NCBI GenBank assembly: GCA_964016885.1
Contig: OZ024741.1
Span: 29,450,001 to 29,514,000 of the forward strand
Direction of reading: 5' to 3'
DNA length: 64,000 nt
Source: Eledone cirrhosa
Lineage: Eukaryota
Below, one piece after another: positions 29,248 through 45,400 of the stretch. The notes beneath the pieces are model-generated. The model made no database searches. It worked only from the letters and a program-made list of their open reading frames with translations, and had not been told where the DNA came from. How positions within the stretch are numbered: the first letter of the stretch is position 1; each line of letters starts with the position of its first letter. The position numbers and the translations under genes are program-made.

Positions 29248-32200
29248 AAGATTGGTATTGTGTAGGTGACATCAGTACTATAGATTGGTATTGTATAGGT
29301 GACACCAGTACTATAGATTGGTATTGTGTAGGTGACATCAGTACTATAGATTAGTATTGTGTAGGTGACACCAGTACTATAGATTGGTATTGTGTAGGTG
29401 ACACCTGTACTATAGATTGGTATTGCGTAGGTGACATCAATACTATAGATTGTGTAGGTGACATCAGTACTATAGATTAGTATTGTGTAGGTGACACCAG
29501 TACTATAGATTGGTATTGTGTAGGTGACAACAGTACTATAAATTAGTATCGTGTAGGTGACACCAGTACTATAGATTGGTATTGTGTAGGTGACACCAGT
29601 ACTATAGATTGGTATTGTGTAGGTGACACCAGTACTATAGATTAGTATTGTGCAGGTGACACCAGTACTATAGATTGGTATTGTGTAGGTGACACCAGTA
29701 TTATAGATTAGTATTGTGTAGGTGACACCAGTACTATAGATTGGTATTGTGTAGGTGACACCAGTACTATAGATTAGTATTGTGTAGGTGACATCACTAC
29801 TATAGATTAGTATTGTGTAGGTGACACCAGTACTATAGATTAGTATTGTGTAGGTGACACCAGTACTATAGATTGGTATTGTGTAGGTGACACAAGTACT
29901 ATAGATTAGTATTGTGTAGGTGACACCAGTACTATAGATTGGTATTGTGTAGGTGACACCAGTACTATAGATTGGTATTGTGTAGGTGACACCAGTACTA
30001 TACATTGGTATTGTGTAGGTGACATCTGTACTATAGATTGGTATTGTATAGGTGACACCAGTACTATAGATTGGTATTGTGTAGGTGACACCAGTACTAT
30101 AGATTAGTATTGTGTAGGTGACACCAGTACTATAGATTTGTATTGTGTAGGTGACATCAGTACTATAGATTGGTATTGTGTAGGTGACATCAGTACTATA
30201 GATTAGTATTGTGTAGGTGACACCAGTACTATAGATTGGTATTGTGTAGGTGACATCAGTACTATAGATTGGTATTGTGTAGGTGACATCAGTACTATAG
30301 ATTTGTATCGTGTAGGTGACATCATTACTATAGATTGGTATTGTGTAGGTGACACCAGTACTATAGATTGGTATTGTATAGGTGACACCAGTACTATAGA
30401 TTGGTATTGTGTAGGTGACATCAGTACTATAGATTAGTATTGTGTAGGTGACACCAGTACTATAGATTGGTATTGTGTAGGTGACACCTGTACTATAGAT
30501 TGGTATTGCGTAGGTGACATCAATACTATAGATTGTGTAGGTGACATCAGTACTATAGATTAGTATTGTGTAGGTGACACCAGTACTATAGATTGGTATT
30601 GTGTAGGTGACAACAGTACTATAAATTAGTATCGTGTAGGTGACACCAGTACTATAGATTGGTATTGTGTAGGTGACACCAGTACTATAGATTGGTATTG
30701 TGTAGGTGACACCAGTACTATAGATTAGTATTGTGCAGGTGACACCAGTACTATAGATTGGTATTGTGTAGGTGACACCAGTATTATAGATTAGTATTGT
30801 GTAGGTGACACCAGTACTATAGATTGGTATTGTGTAGGTGACACCAGTACTATAGATTAGTATTGTGTAGGTGACATCACTACTATAGATTAGTATTGTG
30901 TAGGTGACACCAGTACTATAGATTAGTATTGTGTAGGTGACACCAGTACTATAGATTGGTATTGTGTAGGTGACACAAGTACTATAGATTAGTATTGTGT
31001 AGGTGACACCAGTACTATAGATTGGTATTGTGTAGGTGACACCAGTACTATAGATTGGTATTGTGTAGGTGACACCAGTACTATACATTGGTATTGTGTA
31101 GGTGACATCTGTACTATAGATTGGTATTGTATAGGTGACACCAGTACTATAGATTGGTATTGTGTAGGTGACACCAGTACTATAGATTAGTATTGTGTAG
31201 GTGACACCAGTACTATAGATTTGTATTGTGTAGGTGACATCAGTACTATAGATTGGTATTGTGTAGGTGACATCAGTACTATAGATTAGTATTGTGTAGG
31301 TGACACCAGTACTATAGATTGGTATTGTGTAGGTGACATCAGTACTATAGATTGGTATTGTGTAGGTGACATCAGTACTATAGATTTGTATCGTGTAGGT
31401 GACATCATTACTATAGATTGGTATTGTATAGGTGACACCAGTACTATAGATTGGTAGTGTGTAGGTGACACCAGTACTATAGATTGGTATTGCGTAGGTG
31501 AGACCAGTACTATAGATTGGTATTGTGTAGGAGACATCAGTACTATAAATTGGTATTGTGTAGGTGACATCAGTACTATAGATTTGTATTGTGTAGGTGA
31601 CAACAGTACTATAGATTGGTATTGTGTAGGTGACACCAGTACTATAGATTAGTATTGTGTAGATGACACCAGTACTATAGATTGGTATTGTGTAGGTGAC
31701 ATCAGTACTATAGATTAGTATTGTGTAGGTGACACCATTACTATAGATTAGTATTGCGTAGGTGACATCAGTACTATAGATTGGTATTGTGCAGGTGACA
31801 TCAGTACTATAGATTAGTATTGTGTAGGTGCCACCAGTACTATAGATTAGTATTGTGTAGGTGACATCAGTACTATAGATTGGTATTGTGTAGGTGACAC
31901 CAGTACTATAGATTAGTATTGTGTAGGTGACACCAGTACTATAGATTGGTATTGTGTAGGTGACACCAATACTATAGATTGGTATTGTGTAGGTGACACC
32001 AGTACTATAGATTGGTATTGTGTAGGTGACACCAGTACTATAGATTAGTATTGTGTAGGTGACACCAGTACTATAGATTGGTATTGGGTAGGTGACACCA
32101 GTACTATAGATTAGTATTGTGTATGTGACACCAGTACTATAGATTGGTATTGTGTAGGTGACACCAGTACTCTAGATTGGTATTGTGTAGGTGACACCGG

Positions 32201-33420
32201 TACTATAGATTGGTATTGTGTAGGTGACACCAGTACTCTAGATTGGTATTGTGTAGGAGACACCAGTACTAAAGATTGGTATTGTGTAGGTGACATCAGT
32301 ACTATAGATTGGTATTGTATATGTGACACCAGTACTATAGATTGGTATTGTGTAGGTGACATCAGTACAATAGATTGGTATTGTATAGGTGACACCAGTA
32401 CTATAGATTGGTATTGTGTAGGTGACACCAGTACTATAGATTGGTATTGCGTAGGTGAGACCAGTACTATAGATTGGTATTGTGTAGGTGACATCAGTGC
32501 TATAGATTGGTATTGTGTAGGTGACATCAGTACTATAGATTTGTATTGTGTATGTGACATCAGTACAATAGATTGGTATTGTGTAGGTGACACCAGTACT
32601 ATAGATTAGTATTGTGTAGGTGACACCAGTACTATAGATTGGTATTGTGTAGGTGACAGCAGTACTATAGATTGGTATTGTGTAGGTGACATCAGTATTA
32701 TAGATTAGTATTGTGTAGGTGACACCATTACTATACATTAGTATTGTGTAGGTGACACCAGTACTATAGATTGGTATTGTGTAGGTGACATCAGTATTAT
32801 AGATTTGTATTGTGTAGGTGACACCAGTACTATAGATTGGTATTGTGTAGGTGACACCAGTATTATAGATTGGTATTGTGTAGGTGACACCAGTACTATA
32901 GATTGGTATTGTGTAGGTGACACCAGTACTATAGATTGGTATTGTGTAGGTGACATCAGTACTATAGATTGGTATTGTGTAGGTGACACCAGTACTATAG
33001 ATTGGTATTGTGTAGGTGACATCAGTACTATACATTAGTATTGTGTAGGTGACACCAGTACTATAGATTGGTATTGTGTAGGTGACACCAGTACTATAGA
33101 TTAGTATTGTGTAGGTGACACCAGTACTATAGATTAGTATTGTGTAGGTGACACCAGTACTATAGATTAGTATTGTGTAGGTGACACCAGTACTAAAGAG
33201 TAGTATTGTGTAGGTGACACCAGCACTATAGATTGGTATTGTGTAGGTGACACCAGTACTCTAGATTGGTATTGTGTAGGTGACACCAGTACTAAAGATT
33301 GGTATTGTATAGGTGACATCAGTACAATAGATTGGTATTGTATAGGTGACACCAGTACTATAGATTGGTATTGTGTAGGTGACACCAGTACTATAGATTG
33401 GTATTGCGTAGGTGAGACCA
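26440..33420. repeat. Re-duplicated block carrying the 27-bp deletion monomer, offsets 2,799, 1,083 and 3,882 bp
   Basis: Deletion monomers at about 26650, 29450 and 30533. ORF series 27107/29906/30989, 27404/31286, 28229/32111. 1083 = 33x33-6, 2799 = 85x33-6, 3882 = 118x33-12. Confidence 0.88.
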
Positions 33421-36400
33421 GTACTATAGATTGGCATTGTGTAGGTGACATCAGTACTATAGATTGGTATTGTGTAGATGACATCAGTACTATAGATTGG
33501 TATTGTGTAGGTGCCACCAATACTATAGATTAGTATTGTGTAGGTGACATCAGTACTATAGATTGGTATTGTGTAGGTGACACCAGTACTATAGATTAGT
33601 ATTGTGTAGGTGACACCAGTACTATAGATTGGTATTGTGTAGGTGACACCAATACTATAGATTGGTATTGTGTAGGTGACACCAGTACTATAGATTGGTA
33701 TTGTGTAGGTGACACCAGTACTATAGATTAGTATTGTGTAGGTGACACCAGTACTATAGATTAGTATTGTGTAGGTGACACCAGTACTATAGATTGGTAT
33801 TGGGTAGGTGACACCAGTACTATAGATTAGTATTGTATAGGTGACATCAGTACTATAGATTGGTATTGTGTAGGTAACACCAGTACTATAGATTGGTATT
33901 GTGTAGGTGACACCAGTACTCTAGATTGGTATTGTGTAGGTGACACCAGTACTAAAGATTGGTATTGTGTAGGTGACATCAGTACTATAGATTGGTATTG
34001 TATAGGTGACACCAGTATTATAGATTGGTATTGTGTAGGTGACATCAGTACAATAGATTGGTATTGTATAGGTGACACCAGTACTATAGATTGGTATTGT
34101 GTAGGTGACACCAGTACTATAGATTGGTATTGCGTAGGTGAGACCAGTACTATAGATTGGTATTGTGTAGGTGACATCAGTACTATAGATTGGTATTGTG
34201 TAGATGACATCAGTACTATAGATTTGTATTGTGTAGGTGACATCAGTACAATAGATTGGTATTGTGTAGGTGACACCAGTACTATAGATTAGTATTGTGT
34301 AGGTGACACCAGTACTATAGATTGGTATTGTGTAGGTGACACCAGTACTATAGATTGGTATTGTGTAGGTGACATCAGTACTATAGATTAGTATTGTGTA
34401 GGTGACACCATTACTATACATTAGTATTGTGTAGGTGACACCAGTACTATAGATTGGTATTGTGTAGGTGACATCAGTACTATAGATTGGTATTGTGTAG
34501 GTGACATCAGTACTATAGATTAGTATTGTGTAGGTGACACCAGTACTATAGATTGGTATTGTGTAGGTGACATCAGTACTATAGATTGGTATTGTGTAGG
34601 TGACATCAGTACTATAGATTTGTATCGTTTAGGTGACATCAGTACTATAGATTGGTATTGTATAGGTGACACCAGTACTATAGATTGGTAGTGTGTAGGT
34701 GACACCAGTACTATAGATTGGTATTGCGTAGGTGAGACCAGTACTATAGATTGGTATTGTGTAGGAGACATCAGTACTATAAATTGGTATTGTGTAGGTG
34801 ACATCAGTACTATAGATTTGTATTGTGTAGGTGACAAGAGTACTATAGATTGGTATTGTGTAGGTGACACCAGTACTATAGATTAGTATTGTGTAGGTGA
34901 CACCAGTACTATAGATTGGTATTGTGTAGGTGACATCAGTACTATAGATTAGTATTGTGTAGGTGACACCATTACTATAGATTAGTATTGCGTAGGTGAC
35001 ATCAGTACTATAGATTGGTATTGTGCAGGTGACATCAGTACTATAGATTAGTATTGTGTAGGTGCCACCAGTACTAAAGATTAGTATTGTGTAGGTGACA
35101 TCAGTACTATAGATTGGTATTGTGTAGGTGACACCAGTACTATAGATTAGTATTGTGTAGGTGACACCAGTACTATAGATTGGTATTGTGTAGGTGACAC
35201 CAGTACTATAGATTAGTATTGTGTAGGTGACACCAGTACTATAGATTGGTATTGGGTAGGTGACACCAGTACTATAGATTAGTATTGTGTAGATGACACC
35301 AGTACTATAGATTGGTATTGTGTAGGTGGCACCAGTACTCTAGATTGGTATTGGGTAGGTGACACCAGTACTATAGATTGGTATTGGGTAGGTGACACCA
35401 GTACTATAGATTGGTATTGTGTAGGTGACACCAGTACTATAGATTGGTATTGTGTAGGTGACACCAGTACTCTAGATTGGTATTGTGTAGGTGACACCAG
35501 TACTAAAGATTGGTATTGTGTAGGTGACATCAGTACTATAGATTGGTATTGTATAGGTGACACCAGTACTATAGATTGGTATTGTGTAGGTGACATCAGT
35601 ACAATAGATTGGTATTGTATAGGTGACACCAGTACTATAGATTGGTATTGTGTAGGTGACACCAGTACTATAGATTGGTATTGCGTAGGTGAGACCAGTA
35701 CTATAGATTGGTATTGTGTAGGTGACATCAGTACTATAGATTGGTATTGTGTAGGTGACATCAGTACAATAGATTGGTATTGTATAGGTGACACCAGTAC
35801 TATAGATTGGTATTGTGTATGTGACATCAGTACAATAGATTGGTATTGTGTAGGTGACACCAGTACTATAGATTAGTATTGTGTAGGTGACACCAGTACT
35901 ATAGATTGGTATTGTGTAGGTGACACCAGTACTATAGATTGGTATTGTGTAGGTGACATCAGTACTATAGATTAGTATTGTGTAGGTGACACCATTACTA
36001 TACATTAGTATTGTGTAGGTGACACCAGTACTATAGATTGGTATTGTGTAGGTGACATCAGTATTATAGATTTGTATTGTGTAGGTGGCACCAGTACTAT
36101 AGATTGGTATTGTGTAGGTGACACCAGTACTATAGATTGGTATTGTGTAGGTGACACCAGTACTATAGATTGGTATTGTGTAGGTGACACCAGTACTATA
36201 GATTGGTATTGTGTAGGTGACATCAGTACTATAGATTGGTATTGTGTAGGTGACACCAGTACTATAGATTGGTATTGTGTAGGTGACATCAGTACTATAC
36301 ATTAGTATTGTGTAGGTGACACCAGTACTATAGATTGGTATTGTGTAGGTGACACCAGTACTATAGATTAGTATTGTGTAGGTGACACCAGTACTATAGA

Positions 36401-39400
36401 TTAGTATTGTGTAGGTGACACCAGTACTATAGATTAGTATTGTGTAGGTGACACCAGTACTAAAGAGTAGTATTGTGTAGGTGACACCAGCACTATAGAT
36501 TGGTATTGTGTAGGTGACACCAGTACTCTAGATTGGTATAGTGTAGGTGACACCAGTACTAAAGATTGGTATTGTATAGGTGACATCAGTACAATAGATT
36601 GGTATTGTATAGGTGACACCAGTACTATAGATTGGTATTGTGTAGGTGACACCAGTACTATAGATTGGTATTGCGTAGGTGACATCAGTACAATAGATTG
36701 GTATTGTGTAGGTGACATCAGTACTATATATTGGTATTGTGTAGATGACATCAGTACTATAGATTTGTATTGTGTAGGTGACATCCGTACAATAGACTGG
36801 TATTGTGTAGGTGACACCAGTACTATAGATTAGTATTGTGTAGGTGACACCAGTACTATAGATTGGTATTGTGTAGGTGACACCAGTACTATAGATTGGT
36901 ATTGTGTAGGTGACATCAGTACTATAGATTAGTATTGTGTAGGTGACACCATTACTATACATTAGTATTGTGTAGGTGACACCAGTACTATAGATTGGTA
37001 TTGTGTAGGTGACATCAGTACTATAGATTAGTATTGTGTAGGTGACACCAGTACTATAGATTGGTATTGTGTAGGTGACATCAGTACTATAGATTGGTAT
37101 TGTGTAGGTGACATCAGTACTATAGATTTGTATCGTGTAGGTGACATCAGTACTATAGATTGGTATTGTATAGGTGACACCAGTACTATAGATTGGTAGT
37201 GTGTAGGTGACACCAGTACTATAGATTGGTATTGCGTAGGTGAGACCAGTACTATAGATTGGTATTGTGTAGGAGACATCAGTACTATAAATTGGTATTG
37301 TGTAGGTGACATCAGTACTATAGATTTGTATTGTGTAGGTGACAACAGTACTATAGATTGGTATTGTGTAGGTGACACCAGTACTATAGATTAGTATTGT
37401 GTAAGTGACACCAGTACTATAGATTGGTATTGTGTAGATGACATCAGTACTATAGATTAGTATTGTGTAGGTGACACCATTACTATAGATTAGTATTGCG
37501 TAGGTGACATCAGTACTATAGATTGGTATTGTGCAGGTGACATCAGTACTATAGATTAGTATTGTGTAGGTGCCACCAGTACTATAGATTGGTATTGTGT
37601 AGGTGACACCAGTACTCTAGATTGGTATTGGGTAGGTGACACCAGTACTATAGATTGGTATTGGGTAGGTGACACCAGTACTATAGATTGGTATTGTGTA
37701 GGTGACACCAGTACTATAGATTGGTATTGTGTAGGTGACACCAGTACTCTAGATTGGTATTGTGTAGGTGACACCAGTACTATAGATTGGTATTGTGTAG
37801 GTGACACCAGTACTCTAGATTGGTATTGTGTAGGTGACACCAGTACTAAAGATTGGTATTGTGTAGGTGACATCAGTACTATAGATTGGTATTGTATAGG
37901 TGACACCAGTACTATAGATTGGTATTGTGTAGGTGACATCAGTACAATAGATTGGTATTGTATAGGTGACACCAGTACTATAGATTGGTATTGCGTAGGT
38001 GAGACCAGTACTATAGATTGGTATTGTGTAGGTGACATCAGTACTGTAGATTGGTATTGTGTAGGTGACATCAGTACTGTAGATTTGTATTGTGTATGTG
38101 ACATCAGTACAATAGATTGGTATTGTGTAGGTGACACCAGTACTATAGATTAGTATTGTGTAGGTGACACCAGTACTATAGATTGGTATTGTGTAGGTGA
38201 CACCAGTACTATAGATTGGTATTGTGTAGGTGGCATCAGTACTATAGATTTGTATTGTGTAGGTGACACCATTACTATACATTAGTATTGTGTAGGTGAC
38301 ACCAGTACTATAGATTGGTATTGTGTAGGTGACATCAGTATTATAGATTTGTATTGTGTAGGTGGCACCAGTACTATAGATTGGTATTGTGTAGGTGACA
38401 CCAGTACTATAGATTGGTATTGTGTAGGTGACACCAGTACTATAGATTGGTATTGTGTAGGTGACACCAGTACTATAGATTGGTATTGTGTAGGTGACAT
38501 CAGTACTATAGATTGGTATTGTGTAGGTGACACCAGTACTATAGATTGGTATTGTGTAGGTGACATCAGTACTATACATTAGTATTGTGTAGGTGACACC
38601 AGTACTATAGATTGGTATTGTGTAGGTGACACCAGTACTATAGATTAGTATTGTGTAGGTGACACCAGTAATATAGATTAGTATTGTGTAGGTGACACCA
38701 GTACTATAGATTAGTATTGTGTAGGTGACACCAGTACTAAAGAGTAGTATTGTGTAGGTGACACCAGCACTATAGATTGGTATTGTGTAGGTGACACCAG
38801 TACTCTAGATTGGTATAGTGTAGGTGACACCAGTACTAAAGATTGGTATTGTATAGGTGACATCAGTACAATAGATTGGTATTGTATAGGTGACACCAGT
38901 ACTATAGATTGGTATTGTGTAGGTGACACCAGTACTATAGATTGGTATTGCGTAGGTGACATCAGTACAATAGATTGGTATTGTGTAGGTGACATCAGTA
39001 CTATATATTGGTATTGTGTAGATGACATCAGTACTATAGATTTGTATTGTGTAGGTGACATCCGTACAATAGACTGGTATTGTGTAGGTGACACCAGTAC
39101 TATAGATTAGTATTGTGTAGGTGACACCAGTACTATAGATTGGTATTGTGTAGGTGACACCAGTACTATAGATTGGTATTGTGTAGGTGACATCAGTACT
39201 ATAGATTAGTATTGTGTAGGTGACACCATTACTATACATTAGTATTGTGTAGGTGACACCAGTACTATAGATTGGTATTGTGTAGGTGACATCAGTACTA
39301 TAGATTAGTATTGTGTAGGTGACACCAGTACTATAGATTGGTATTGTGTAGGTGACATCAGTACTATAGATTGGTATTGTGTAGGTGACATCAGTACTAT

Positions 39401-42400
39401 AGATTTGTATCGTGTAGGTGACATCAGTACTATAGATTGGTATTGTATAGGTGACACCAGTACTATAGATTGGTAGTGTGTAGGTGACACCAGTACTATA
39501 GATTGGTATTGCGTAGGTGAGACCAGTACTATAGATTGGTATTGTGTAGGAGACATCAGTACTATAAATTGGTATTGTGTAGGTGACATCAGTACTATAG
39601 ATTTGTATTGTGTAGGTGACAACAGTACTATAGATTGGTATTGTGTAGGTGACACCAGTACTATAGATTAGTATTGTGTAAGTGACACCAGTACTATAGA
39701 TTGGTATTGTGTAGGTGACATCAGTACTATAGATTAGTATTGTGTAGGTGACACCATTACTATAGATTAGTATTGCGTAGGTGACATCAGTACTATAGAT
39801 TGGTATTGTGCAGGTGACATCAGTACTATAGATTAGTATTGTGTAGGTGCCACCAGTACTATAGATTGGTATTGTGTAGGTGACACCAGTACTCTAGATT
39901 GGTATTGGGTAGGTGACACCAGTACTATAGATTGGTATTGGGTAGGTGACACCAGTACTATAGATTGGTATTGTGTAGGTGACACCAGTACTATAGATTG
40001 GTATTGTGTAGGTGACACCAGTACTCTAGATTGGTATTGTGTAGGTGACACCAGTACTATAGATTGGTATTGTGTAGGTGACACCAGTACTCTAGATTGG
40101 TATTGTGTAGGTGACACCAGTACTAAAGATTGGTATTGTGTAGGTGACATCAGTACTATAGATTGGTATTGTATAGGTGACACCAGTACTATAGATTGGT
40201 ATTGTGTAGGTGACATCAGTACAATAGATTGGTATTGTATAGGTGACACCAGTACTATAGATTCGTATTGTGTAGGTGACACCAGTACTATAGATTGGTA
40301 TTGCGTAGGTGAGACCAGTACTATAGATTGGTATTGTGTAGGTGACATCAGTACTATAGATTGGTATTGTGTAGGTGACATCAGTACTATAGATTTGTAT
40401 TGTGTATGTGACATCAGTACAATAGATTGGTATTGTGTAGGTGACACCAGTACTATAGATTAGTATTGTGTAGGTGACACCAGTACTATAGATTGGTATT
40501 GTGTAGGTGACACCAGTACTATAGATTGGTATTGTGTAGGTGACATCAGTACTATAGATTAGTATTGTGTAGGTGACACCATTACTATACATTAGTATTG
40601 TGTAGGTGACACCAGTACTATAGATTGGTATTGTGTAGGTGACATCAGTATTATAGATTTGTATTGTGTAGGTGACACCAGTACTATAGATTGGTATTGT
40701 GTAGTTGACACCAGTACTATAGATTGGTATTGTGTAGGTGACACCAGTACTATAGATTGGTATTGTGTAGGTGACACCAGTACTATAGATTGGTATTGTG
40801 TAGGTGACATCAGTACTATAGATTGGTATCGTGTAGGTGACACCAGTACTATAGATTGGTATTGTGTAGGTGACATCAGTACTATACATTAGTATTGTGT
40901 AGGTGACACCAGTACTATAGATTGGTATTGTGTAGGTGACACCAGTACTATAGATTAGTATTGTGTAGGTGACACCAGTACTATAGATTGGTATTGGGTA
41001 GGTGACACCAGTACTATAGATTAGTATTGTATAGGTGACATCAGTACTATAGATTGGTATTGTGTAGGTGACACCAGTACTATAGATTGGTATTGTGTAG
41101 GTGACACCAGTACTCTAGATTGGTATTGTGTAGGTGACACCAGTACTAAAGATTGGTATTGTGTAGGTGACATCAGTACAATAGATTGGTATTGTATAGG
41201 TGACACCAGTACTATAGATTGGTATTGTGTAGCTGACATCAGTACAATAGATTGGTATTGTATAGGTGACACCAGTACTATAGATTGGTATTGTGTAGGT
41301 GACATCAGTACTATAGATTAGTATTGTGTAGGTGACACCATTACTATAGATTAGTATTGCGTAGGTGACATCAGTACTATAGATTGGTATTGTGCAGGTG
41401 ACATCAGTACTATAGATTAGTATTGTGTAGGTGCCACCAGTACTATAGATTAGTATTGTGTAGGTGACATCAGTACTATAGATTGGTATTGTGTAGGTGA
41501 CACCAGTACTATAGATTAGTATTGTGTAGGTGACACCAGTACTATAGATTGGTATTGTGTAGGTGACACCAATACTATAGATTGGTATTGTGTAGGTGAC
41601 ACCAGTACTATAGATTGGTATTGTGTAGGTGACACCAGTACTATAGATTAGTATTGTGTAGGTGACACCAGTACTATAGATTGGTATTGGGTAGGTGACA
41701 CCAGTACTATAGATTAGTATTGTGTATGTGACACCAGTACTATAGATTGGTATTGTGTAGGTGACACCAGTACTCTAGATTGGTATTGTGTAGGCGACAC
41801 CAGTACTATAGATTGGTATTGTGTAGGTGACACCAGTACTCTAGATTGGTATTGTGTAGGAGACACCAGTACTAAAGATTGGTATTGTGTAGGTGACATC
41901 AGTACTATAGATTGGTATTGTATATGTGACACCAGTACTATAGATTGGTATTGTGTAGGTGACATCAGTACAATAGATTGGTATTGTATAGGTGACACCA
42001 GTACTATAGATTGGTATTGTGTAGGTGACACCAGTACTATAGATTGGTATTGCGTAGGTGAGACCAGTACTATAGATTGGTATTGTGTAGGTGACATCAG
42101 TGCTATAGATTGGTATTGTGTAGGTGACATCAGTACTATAGATTTGTATTGTGTATGTGACATCAGTACAATAGATTGGTATTGTGTAGGTGACACCAGT
42201 ACTATAGATTAGTATTGTGTAGGTGACACCAGTACTATAGATTGGTATTGTGTAGGTGACAGCAGTACTATAGATTGGTATTGTGTAGGTGACATCAGTA
42301 TTATAGATTAGTATTGTGTAGGTGACACCATTACTATACATTAGTATTGTGTAGGTGACACCAGTACTATAGATTGGTATTGTGTAGGTGACATCAGTAT

Positions 42401-45400
42401 TATAGATTTGTATTGTGTAGGTGACACCAGTACTATAGATTGGTATTGTGTAGGTGACACCAGTATTATAGATTGGTATTGTGTAGGTGACACCAGTACT
42501 ATAGATTTGTATTGTGTAGGTGACACCAGTACTATAGATTGGTATTGTGTAGGTGACATCAGTACTATAGATTGGTATTGTGTAGGTGACACCAGTACTA
42601 TAGATTGGTATTGTGTAGGTGACATCAGTACTATACATTAGTATTGTGTAGGTGACACCAGTACTATAGATTGGTATTGTGTAGGTGACACCAGTACTAT
42701 AGATTAGTATTGTGTAGGTGACACCAGTACTATAGATTAGTATTGTGTAGGTGACACCAGTACTATAGATTAGTATTGTGTAGGTGACACCAGTACTAAA
42801 GAGTAGTATTGTGTAGGTGACACCAGCACTATAGATTGGTATTGTGTAGGTGACAGCAGTACTCTAGATTGATATTGTGTAGGTGACACCAGTACTAAAG
42901 ATTGGTATTGTATAGGTGACATCAGTACAATAGATTGGTATTGTATAGGTGACACCAGTACTATAGATTGGTATTGTGTAGGTGACACCAGTACTATAGA
43001 TTGGTATTGCGTAGGTGAGACCAGTACTATAGATTGGCATTGTGTAGGTGACATCAGTACTATAGATTGGTATTGTGTAGATGACATCAGTACTATAGAT
43101 TGGTATTGTGTAGGTGCCACCAATACTATAGATTAGTATTGTGTAGGTGACATCAGTACTATAGATTGGTATTGTGTAGGTGACACCAGTACTATAGATT
43201 AGTATTGTGTAGGTGACACCAGTACTATAGATTGGTATTGTGTAGGTGACACCAATACTATAGATTGGTATTGTGTAGGTGACACCAGTACTATAGATTG
43301 GTATTGTGTAGGTGACACCAGTACTATAGATTAGTATTGTGTAGGTGACACCAGTACTATAGATTAGTATTGTGTAGGTGACACCAGTACTATAGATTGG
43401 TATTGGGTAGGTGACACCAGTACTATAGATTAGTATTGTATAGGTGACATCAGTACTATAGATTGGTATTGTGTAGGTAACACCAGTACTATAGATTGGT
43501 ATTGTGTAGGTGACACCAGTACTCTAGATTGGTATTGTGTAGGTGACACCAGTACTAAAGATTGGTATTGTGTAGGTGACATCAGTACTATAGATTGGTA
43601 TTGTATAGGTGACACCAGTATTATAGATTGGTATTGTGTAGGTGACATCAGTACAATAGATTGGTATTGTATAGGTGACACCAGTACTATAGATTGGTAT
43701 TGTGTAGGTGACACCAGTACTATAGATTGGTATTGCGTAGGTGAGACCAGTACTATAGATTGGTATTGTGTAGGTGACATCAGTACTATAGATTGGTATT
43801 GTGTAGATGACATCAGTACTATAGATTTGTATTGTGTAGGTGACATCAGTACAATAGATTGGTATTGTGTAGGTGACACCAGTACTATAGATTAGTATTG
43901 TGTAGGTGACACCAGTACTATAGATTGGTATTGTGTAGGTGACACCAGTACTATAGATTGGTATTGTGTAGGTGACATCAGTACTATAGATTAGTATTGT
44001 GTAGGTGACACCATTACTATACATTAGTATTGTGTAGGTGACACCAGTACTATAGATTGGTATTGTGTAGGTGACATCAGTACTATAGATTGGTATTGTG
44101 TAGGTGACATCAGTACTATAGATTAGTATTGTGTAGGTGACACCAGTACTATAGATTGGTATTGTGTAGGTGTCATCAGTACTATAGATTGGTATTGTGT
44201 AGGTGACATCAGTACTATAGATTTGTATCGTGTAGGTGACATCAGTACTATAGATTGGTATTGTATAGGTGACACCAGTACTATAGATTGGTAGTGTGTA
44301 GGTGACACCAGTACTATAGATTGGTATTGCGTAGGTGAGACCAGTACTATAGATTGGTATTGTGTAGGAGACATCAGTACTATAAATTGGTATTGTGTAG
44401 GTGACATCAGTACTATAGATTTGTATTGTGTAGGTGACACCAGTACTATAGATTAGTATTGTGTAGGTGACACCAGTACTATAGATTGGTATTGTGTAGG
44501 TGACATCAGTACTATAGATTAGTATTGTGTAGGTGACACCATTACTATAGATTAGTATTGCGTAGGTGACATCAGTACTATAGATTGGTATTGTGCAGGT
44601 GACATCAGTACTATAGATTAGTATTGTGTAGGTGCCACCAGTACTAAAGATTAGTATTGTGTAGGTGACATCAGTACTATAGATTGGTATTGTGTAGGTG
44701 ACACCAGTACTATAGATTAGTATTGTGTAGGTGACACCAGTACTATAGATTGGTATTGTGTAGGTGACACCAGTACTATAGATTAGTATTGTGTAGGTGA
44801 CACCAGTACTATAGATTGGTATTGGGTAGGTGACACCAGTACTATAGATTAGTATTGTGTAGATGACACCAGTACTATAGATTGGTATTGTGTAGGTGGC
44901 ACCAGTACTCTAGATTGGTATTGGGTAGGTGACACCAGTACTATAGATTGGTATTGGGTAGGTGACACCAGTACTATAGATTGGTATTGTGTAGGTGACA
45001 CCAGTACTATAGATTGGTATTGTGTAGGTGACACCAGTACTCTAGATTGGTATTGTGTAGGTGACACCAGTACTAAAGATTGGTATTGTGTAGGTGACAT
45101 CAGTACTATAGATTGGTATTGTATAGGTGACACCAGTACTATAGATTGGTATTGTGTAGGTGACATCAGTACAATAGATTGGTATTGTATAGGTGACACC
45201 AGTACTATAGATTGGTATTGTGTAGGTGACACCAGTACTATAGATTGGTATTGCGTAGGTGAGACCAGTACTATAGATTGGTATTGTGTAGGTGACATCA
45301 GTACTATAGATTGGTATTGTGTAGGTGACATCAGTACTGTAGATTTGTATTGTGTATGTGACATCAGTACAATAGATTGGTATTGTGTAGGTGACACCAG

